From: a candidate division TA06 bacterium 32_111
Lineage (GTDB): Bacteria > Hydrothermota > 32-111
Length of the DNA stretch: 64,000 nucleotides
NCBI GenBank assembly: GCA_001508335.1
Contig: LGFX01000004.1
Span: 75,654 to 139,653 of the forward strand
Reading direction: 5' to 3'
Below, in pieces: positions 59,101 to 64,000 of the stretch; positions within the stretch are counted from its first letter, which is position 1; every line of letters starts with the position of its first letter. The notes beneath the pieces were generated by a model. It saw only the letters and a program-made list of their open reading frames with translations. It did no database searches and had not been told where the DNA came from. The position numbers and the translations under genes are program-made.

Positions 59101-59337
59101 TCAACAGGACTTCCAGATAGGAACGCAACACTTGCATCCATTAAGAAAGATATATTCAACGCCTATAATATAGGTGAGCCTGGATACGATGTTAGAAGAG
59201 ATATTGATAGGGATGGAACTGTTTCTCAGGATGAGGCTTACGAATCCTATATAGCATATTATAAAGATTACCTTAATGACCCAACCAACTGGTCAGCACC
59301 AAGAGTTGTTACTGTGGGTCTTGAATTTTCATTCTAA
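56179..59337 (+). CDS. TonB-dependent outer-membrane receptor with an N-terminal CarboxypepD_reg domain
   Basis: Signal peptide. GKITGRVIDKQTKEGIPGVNV... carboxypeptidase-regulatory-like domain. Plug motifs (...DGMSIIDP..., FISGGFNAEYGEAMSGILNIVTREG). Large barrel with a C-terminal ...VGLEFSF. Confidence 0.75.
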   Translation: MMSKKNYLFGIILLLVLLFSVNIFAGVTGKITGRVIDKQTKEGIPGVNVIIPELGIGAVTDLDGYYFILNVPVGVYSVTAQIISYQTQTKTNVSVSADINTTVNFELVMGAIEYDTVIVEAKESKIQTNVTQKERTMNQQLLDESVSNNIMAAVANNAGVVGTGNAMHVRGGRTDEVGYMVDGMSIIDPVTKGLGATINKNAVSEVKFISGGFNAEYGEAMSGILNIVTREGSKKYEGTVRYEGNSFLPTSFNYGDNRLEYSLGGPIYKDFLRFFISGDIYTTNDWSPLFVDKPNFFYKNDSTGYAFSYDFVDYSLAGYDSLGNPIIDTSYTTVNWTQDSVPYFTYGVDTVVDTLNDTTFYYNKVVIDTVMWNRYGPTYWENLGVVVPHHKRSEYHAQAKFTLKPTKNLKINLGGFYSHSSFQQFNSALKYNLERYLTRNTDGYQINGTANWMVNQANFVTLTGSYFYTQTHYGPEFDAILFDENGDSIYPPEVIIPKWYEFWKPYGVIDTNNFHYVPGMVDKWKNNSPWGWWIDAQYIYPNWYGVSSFRYSNYLTVKADWTSQIGRYHEMKTGVEYKAYELYLWDLYLPWDPNPFSDQYHVYPKQLAAYVQDKMEFEGMVVNIGLRFDYLDANTPYYYVANNRSFPLYQQDTIIDTITGDTTIVITPNPNITKPDSYPGYPDSVWDTLTWPVRMAEKKYKVSPRLGISHPISEVSVLHFNYGHFFQTPQMDYLFSGLGVDLSKRGNSNIGSPNLDAERTISYEFGIATQIGADMALDVTTYYKDIYGLIGSRKVYALPAPYYALQNVEYGNVKGFEVAFSKSSKYFSADIAYTLSFAKGTASDAWEGYYLTYAERDPVTGGDIQMPKIPYYLSFDQRHTINIGFVLRMPAKELPIYADNWTISVDNSINSGQPYTPVNEKGIKTGVTNSERKPWRFNTDLKFRKGFLFGTFEPNIYITVTNLFNIRNVEDVYASTGLPDRNATLASIKKDIFNAYNIGEPGYDVRRDIDRDGTVSQDEAYESYIAYYKDYLNDPTNWSAPRVVTVGLEFSF

Positions 59338-59352
59338 GGATGGAGGAAAAAT

Positions 59353-62300
59353 ATGAATAAAAATTTAAAAAAACTCTTTTTTGTCCTCCTCACACTCCTT
59401 TTTACTTTAACAATTTTTGCTCGTCCAGCATACATAGATCCAAAGATGACCTCAGGTAGAGTTTTTGACCAAAGGATTCTTGATATAAACCAGATAAACA
59501 CATACATAACAAACTTTGCTATTTTTGCTCAGGATGTTTATTCTGGGAACAACTCTGGACTTTACTGGCCTGCTGGTTTTCCTCAGGAGACATACGTTTT
59601 TGGTGCTGGAGTGTGGGTTGGTGGAATTATAGAGAATGATGATGGAACCGCTGATACAACAATGTCATGCGGTTATTATCCAAACTCCGCATCAACAGAG
59701 TTTGTGCCTGGAGATATAAATGATGCATCACCAGATAGACCAACCCCATACAATAACCCATGGGATATAGTTTACATTTCAACAAGTGACAACTATGGTC
59801 AACCCTGGCCTTTGAAGACAACATCTGGTGCGGATTCTGTCGTTTCAATGCAGGATTCATACACAGAGTTTAACGATATGGATTTAAGTTACCGTTTGGT
59901 TCCAAGTTCAATACCACTTGAAATTGAGGTAAAACAGACAACTTACGCTTGGGTTGGTCCTTTGAAAGAGGACATTATTTTTCTAAAGTATGATATTCAA
60001 AACAAGAGAAGTGACAAGAAAGATATAAAGAAATGTTATGTTGGAATAGGTGCTGATAATGATATTGGAAATGAAGCCCAAGATGCTGCAAACGATCTTT
60101 TAGGTTTTATAGATACGATGACAGTTGATTATGCTGGAGTTAAAGATACATTGATGCAGATAAATGTTGGATACCAGTTTCAACTTGAATCTGAAGCTGG
60201 TTGGACACATTTTCCAGGTATAGTTGCATACAAGTATCTTGAATCACCAAAAGCGACAGAACCGATAGATCTTTACCATGATGGTTCTTTCATAATTCCT
60301 GCTGGTGAAAGGATTGGAATGACAACTTTCAACTACTTTACAATTCAAACCGATCCATCAGATCATATAAAAAGATACCTTGTTCTTGCAGGATATGATC
60401 ACACCAGGTATAATCCAAATGATCCGGAAGCATCATACAGACCATTCCCTAATTGGGAAATAGGAGTTCCCGGTTTTCCTGGAAAGACTGAGGATCCAAC
60501 CGCAGCAGGTGATAAGAGGTTTGCTATGGCATCAGGGCCGTTCACTTTGATGTATGATTCAACAGCAACGGTTATTATTGGAATAATAATTTCAAAAAAT
60601 TCCGCTGAAATGCTTGACAAAATGTTATTAGCACAGCAGATATATGATCAGGGATGGCTTGGACCAGTTGCACCTGGACAGGTTAACTTTGATGTTGTTG
60701 GAATGGATAAAAAAGTTGTAATTTACTGGGATAATGCACAGGAACTTATTCCAGACAAATATTACTCTCTTGTTTCAGACACAACCCTTCCAATATACAA
60801 CCCGGCATACAGAGAGTATGATATTGAAGGATACAACATATACAAATCAAGAACAGGTGCAGGTGGAACATGGGAATTACTTGCGCAGTATGATAAAATA
60901 AACGAGTATACTATTCTTTTAAAAGATTCACTTATATACTATAACGCAGCAGCAGCAAGATATGAAACAACATATTATTATGATACTGTTGGTTCAAACA
61001 CAGGTATTCCATACTATTTTGTTGATTCTAACCTTACAAACGGAATACAGTACTATTATACCATAAGAGCATACGATGTTAACTTCAACGGATACGCTGT
61101 TACTCCTTCAAACGATACTATAGGTACTATTCCACTTGTTCTTGAAGGTGCAGGAAAGACAAAAGCAGCGGTTCCAAGATCTTTAACATCAAACATCATT
61201 GCTGGAACATATGATCTTAACCTTGTATCTGGAAACATCGATACATCTTTGATAGATATAGAAATAATACATGCACTGGATACTCTGGTAGAGAAGGTAA
61301 AAAATGATACATTCACCTTAACATTTGGTCTTGCGGAAAGGTCATCTGTTGATACAACTCTTCCCGCATATCCTTACACAATAACAAACAAAAATGGTGA
61401 TACGGTTATACAGGATATAATGGATCTTGATACACTATGGGTTAATAACGAAAAGATAATAGTACTTCCTATTGAAAAGTATAATCCATATTCTGGATTC
61501 ATTTTCAAAATAAACGATTTCAAACTTGACACATCAGGATGGACCAATAAAGACAACTCCACTTTTAAAGTTTCGGTTCAGAGTGGTCTTTACGATAGTT
61601 CAATACTTAAGGTAGAAAATATAGATGCTGCAAGACTGTTCTATCACAACAGTAAAGAGTACATCATAACCTGGCATGAGGTTGTTTATCCAACCTTTAC
61701 AGTTGTTGGAACTGACACATTCCTTCCAAACGATACAAACCTTACGGTTACAATATATGATGTTGATAACAACATAGATATACCTTATTCAAACAGAGTT
61801 TTAGGTGATAACTGGCATTTCAACTATTCAACAACAGCAGCAACTCCAGAGCAGTGCCCAAGGTATCTCAAAGAATCGTCAGCAGCAACTGCTAAAGTAG
61901 GTCTCTATTTCTCTGGTATGAAAATATCTTTCAACTATACAACAAGACCTAATGCTATAGTTTGGGAATCAAGACCAAAGGATGGTGACACATGGGTTGT
62001 TAAAGTTACACCAAACGATTCAAATTTCGTTATGACTTATCCACCTATAAACTCACAGTATAAGTTCACAGTAACTCCAGCAACTTTTGCGGAAGTTACA
62101 GAATCAACACTTGACAATATAAAAGTTGTTCCAAATCCTTATGTTGTAAGAAGTGAACTTGATCTCGATTACAACTACAGAAGGATACTATTTACAAATC
62201 TTCCAGATAAATGCACTATAAGGATATACACTCTTTCAGGTGATCTTATAGCAACAATTAACCATGATGTTGAAATAAGTATTACGAAAGATAACAAGAC

Positions 62301-62448
62301 AACTACAGCTTATGACCTGACAAAAGGTTACGCAGAATGGGATGTGTTGACTAAAAACGATCAGATACCAGCACCAGGAATATACATCTACCATGTCCAG
62401 ACACCTAACGGTGAAACAAAAATTGGCAAATTTGCTATAATTAAGTAG
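59353..62448 (+). CDS. Large secreted protein (1031 aa) with a type IX secretion C-terminal sorting domain; function unknown
   Basis: Signal peptide. C-terminal CTD motifs VVPNPYVV, IRIYTLSGDLIATI, WDVLTKNDQ, PGIYIYHVQT, KFAIIK. Confidence 0.7.
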   Translation: MNKNLKKLFFVLLTLLFTLTIFARPAYIDPKMTSGRVFDQRILDINQINTYITNFAIFAQDVYSGNNSGLYWPAGFPQETYVFGAGVWVGGIIENDDGTADTTMSCGYYPNSASTEFVPGDINDASPDRPTPYNNPWDIVYISTSDNYGQPWPLKTTSGADSVVSMQDSYTEFNDMDLSYRLVPSSIPLEIEVKQTTYAWVGPLKEDIIFLKYDIQNKRSDKKDIKKCYVGIGADNDIGNEAQDAANDLLGFIDTMTVDYAGVKDTLMQINVGYQFQLESEAGWTHFPGIVAYKYLESPKATEPIDLYHDGSFIIPAGERIGMTTFNYFTIQTDPSDHIKRYLVLAGYDHTRYNPNDPEASYRPFPNWEIGVPGFPGKTEDPTAAGDKRFAMASGPFTLMYDSTATVIIGIIISKNSAEMLDKMLLAQQIYDQGWLGPVAPGQVNFDVVGMDKKVVIYWDNAQELIPDKYYSLVSDTTLPIYNPAYREYDIEGYNIYKSRTGAGGTWELLAQYDKINEYTILLKDSLIYYNAAAARYETTYYYDTVGSNTGIPYYFVDSNLTNGIQYYYTIRAYDVNFNGYAVTPSNDTIGTIPLVLEGAGKTKAAVPRSLTSNIIAGTYDLNLVSGNIDTSLIDIEIIHALDTLVEKVKNDTFTLTFGLAERSSVDTTLPAYPYTITNKNGDTVIQDIMDLDTLWVNNEKIIVLPIEKYNPYSGFIFKINDFKLDTSGWTNKDNSTFKVSVQSGLYDSSILKVENIDAARLFYHNSKEYIITWHEVVYPTFTVVGTDTFLPNDTNLTVTIYDVDNNIDIPYSNRVLGDNWHFNYSTTAATPEQCPRYLKESSAATAKVGLYFSGMKISFNYTTRPNAIVWESRPKDGDTWVVKVTPNDSNFVMTYPPINSQYKFTVTPATFAEVTESTLDNIKVVPNPYVVRSELDLDYNYRRILFTNLPDKCTIRIYTLSGDLIATINHDVEISITKDNKTTTAYDLTKGYAEWDVLTKNDQIPAPGIYIYHVQTPNGETKIGKFAIIK

Positions 62449-62456
62449 GAGGAAGA

Positions 62457-63509
62457 ATGAAAAAATTATTATTTATAATCATTTCTGTTACCCTTTTAGC
62501 AAATTTTGCCTATTCTTTCAATGAGGGAACCACAGGTGCCCAATTTTTAAAGATTCTGGTTGGCTCAAAGGCAGCCGCGATGGGCGGAGCATTTGTTTCT
62601 GTCGCTGATGATCCATCAGCCCTCTATTACAACCCTGCAGGTATAGCAGCTATGAACAAGATGGGAATACTTTTAAACTATGTTAAATATCCAGCGGAAA
62701 TAAGCTATTCCTATATAGGTTTCGTTGCTCCTATGGGAATAATGGGTTCTTTTGGTTTACAGGCTGGAATAATGACAATGCCACAGATGGAGATAACAAC
62801 CGTTGAAAAGCCAGAAGGAACGGGTGAATATTTCTCTGCATCAAGTTATCTTTTTGGAGCATCATATGCGAAATCCTTCACCGATAAGTTGACATCAGGA
62901 ATAACTTTGAAATATATACAGGAAAAAATAGTTGATGCAACCTCAACAATTATAGCGTTTGACGCTGGAGCACTCTATAAAACTGGTTTCAAATCATTGA
63001 GAATAGGAATGTCTATCAGAAATTTTGGATCTGAAGGAATGTTTGCAGGTGGAACAATTTTGACAGACAACTATCCAAAATGGACTGATGGTCAAACACC
63101 ACTTAACATATATTACAAAACTGATACCTACACTCTTCCTATGAACTTCAACTTTGGCCTTGCTTATGACATTCTTGAAGGTCCAACCAATTTTATGACA
63201 ACAACACTTGAATTCCAGAATCCAAACGATGGAACAGAGAACGTTAGATTTGGAATGGAATACAACCTTTCAAAAATACTTTTTATAAGGTTGGGATACA
63301 TATTCAACTGGGAAAAGTTCAAATATGTTCTTGACAACATGGATGATCTAACACAGAACGAAAAGATAGAGAATCTAACAGCAGGTATAGGTTTCAAGTA
63401 TGGATTCTCTGGAATGGATATTGGGATAGATTATTCCTATACTGAGATGGGACTTCTTTCAGATAATTATATGAATGGACATAGAGTCACATTGACTCTT
63501 AGTTTCTAA
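62457..63509 (+). CDS. FadL-like outer-membrane beta-barrel, PorV-like candidate
   Basis: Signal peptide. N-terminal ...GAQFLKILVGSKAAAMGGAFVSVADDPSALYYNPAGIA is the FadL/PorV-type start (NPAG motif). C-terminal ...TLTLSF aromatic terminus. 350 aa. Confidence 0.45.
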   Translation: MKKLLFIIISVTLLANFAYSFNEGTTGAQFLKILVGSKAAAMGGAFVSVADDPSALYYNPAGIAAMNKMGILLNYVKYPAEISYSYIGFVAPMGIMGSFGLQAGIMTMPQMEITTVEKPEGTGEYFSASSYLFGASYAKSFTDKLTSGITLKYIQEKIVDATSTIIAFDAGALYKTGFKSLRIGMSIRNFGSEGMFAGGTILTDNYPKWTDGQTPLNIYYKTDTYTLPMNFNFGLAYDILEGPTNFMTTTLEFQNPNDGTENVRFGMEYNLSKILFIRLGYIFNWEKFKYVLDNMDDLTQNEKIENLTAGIGFKYGFSGMDIGIDYSYTEMGLLSDNYMNGHRVTLTLSF

Positions 63510-63518
63510 AAAAAGATC

Positions 63519-63547
63519 GGGTGGGGTTTAAAAACCCCACCTTTTTT
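63519..63547 (+). terminator. Rho-independent terminator
   Basis: GGTGGGG-tttaaaaa-CCCCACC hairpin followed by TTTTTT. Sits 10 nt after the stop. Confidence 0.7.
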
Positions 63548-64000
63548 ATGAAAAAGTTATCACTCTTTTTTATACTCCTTTTACCAACTTTTCTGATATC
63601 GAGAAATCTTTTTATAGGTTATTTCTGTGCTGACAATAACATGTATAATGGTTTTTTAAAAAATTATGATCAGATGGTTCAAATTTCAAAAGAATTAAAA
63701 AATACTGATATTATAATTTTTCTTGATTCATATACTCTCTCCTATACATTGAAAATATATGAAGGAAAGAGTGAAACTTTAAAAGTTTCTGAAAATACAA
63801 ATTCTGGTGATTTTAAAAACATTTCAAATTTCTTCTCCAACTTCTATAGATTCGATTACGATTTAAGAATTATGGTTCTCTGGGATCATGGGAATGGATG
63901 GTACAACTTTACAACAAAAAACAAATCTATATTTTTTGATAACCATCCTTTCGATTTTATTTCTGTAACTGAAGGTGAACTAAAAAATATTTTTGTGGAT
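63548..64000 (+). CDS. Hypothetical secreted protein (5' partial; runs off the window end)
   Basis: ATG at 63548 immediately after the terminator T-tract. Signal peptide MKKLSLFFILLLPTFLIS. Open to 64000. Confidence 0.35.
   Translation, partial: MKKLSLFFILLLPTFLISRNLFIGYFCADNNMYNGFLKNYDQMVQISKELKNTDIIIFLDSYTLSYTLKIYEGKSETLKVSENTNSGDFKNISNFFSNFYRFDYDLRIMVLWDHGNGWYNFTTKNKSIFFDNHPFDFISVTEGELKNIFVD

Noticed and set aside
1-64000. CRISPR arrays, IS elements, integrases, toxin-antitoxin pairs or defence islands
   Set aside because: Scanning the intergenic regions (all under 160 bp) and the ORF set showed no direct-repeat/spacer structure, no transposase- or integrase-like ORFs and no small paired ORFs. 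The tRNA-Arg has no adjacent integrase.

Overview
This is a densely packed chromosomal segment of a very AT-rich, Gram-negative-type bacterium. Intergenic gaps are mostly under 100 bp, with many 4-nt ATGA start/stop overlaps. I see about 57 coding regions, roughly 50 of them on the + strand, one tRNA-Arg(CCG) and a few intrinsic terminators. I see no transposase, integrase, CRISPR array or obvious defence genes. The content is housekeeping plus envelope and anaerobe metabolism: mfd; a triple SurA/PpiD-like parvulin chaperone array with pdxA; a TetR + MMPL transporter + lipoprotein-sorting-like + outer-membrane-barrel cluster; a pair of M16 peptidases; cdd; deoC with a pyrimidine-nucleoside phosphorylase; ddl; ffh; Mrp; gcvT-gcvH-gcvPA; a B12 accessory block (CobA-type adenosyltransferase, MeaB, mutase B12-binding subunit); an acyl-CoA dehydrogenase; an acyl-CoA synthetase; and HU. 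Three proteins carry type IX secretion C-terminal domains (a C25 gingipain-like peptidase, a BNR-repeat protein and a 1031-aa protein), alongside a FadL/PorV-like barrel and a TonB-dependent receptor. Together with desulfoferrodoxin and a ferredoxin-oxidoreductase gamma subunit, this suggests an anaerobic member of the FCB superphylum, possibly a Cloacimonetes-like lineage. That placement is inference from gene content only. The observations most worth a second look are: (1) a single ORF fusing a complete desulfoferrodoxin (superoxide reductase) to a rubrerythrin-like diiron four-helix domain; (2) a gcvT that has lost its 5' end exactly where a divergent M48 peptidase gene abuts it, in a gcv operon that also lacks gcvPB and is followed by a B12 accessory block with no mutase catalytic subunit; (3) an acyl-CoA synthetase interrupted by one in-frame TAG inside its most conserved motif; (4) an S55 (SpoIVB-like) peptidase split by a frameshift at an A6 run; (5) a block with type IX secretion C-terminal domains that looks GC-richer and begins right after the tRNA-Arg. 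All calls rest on motif recognition by eye; no searches were run.
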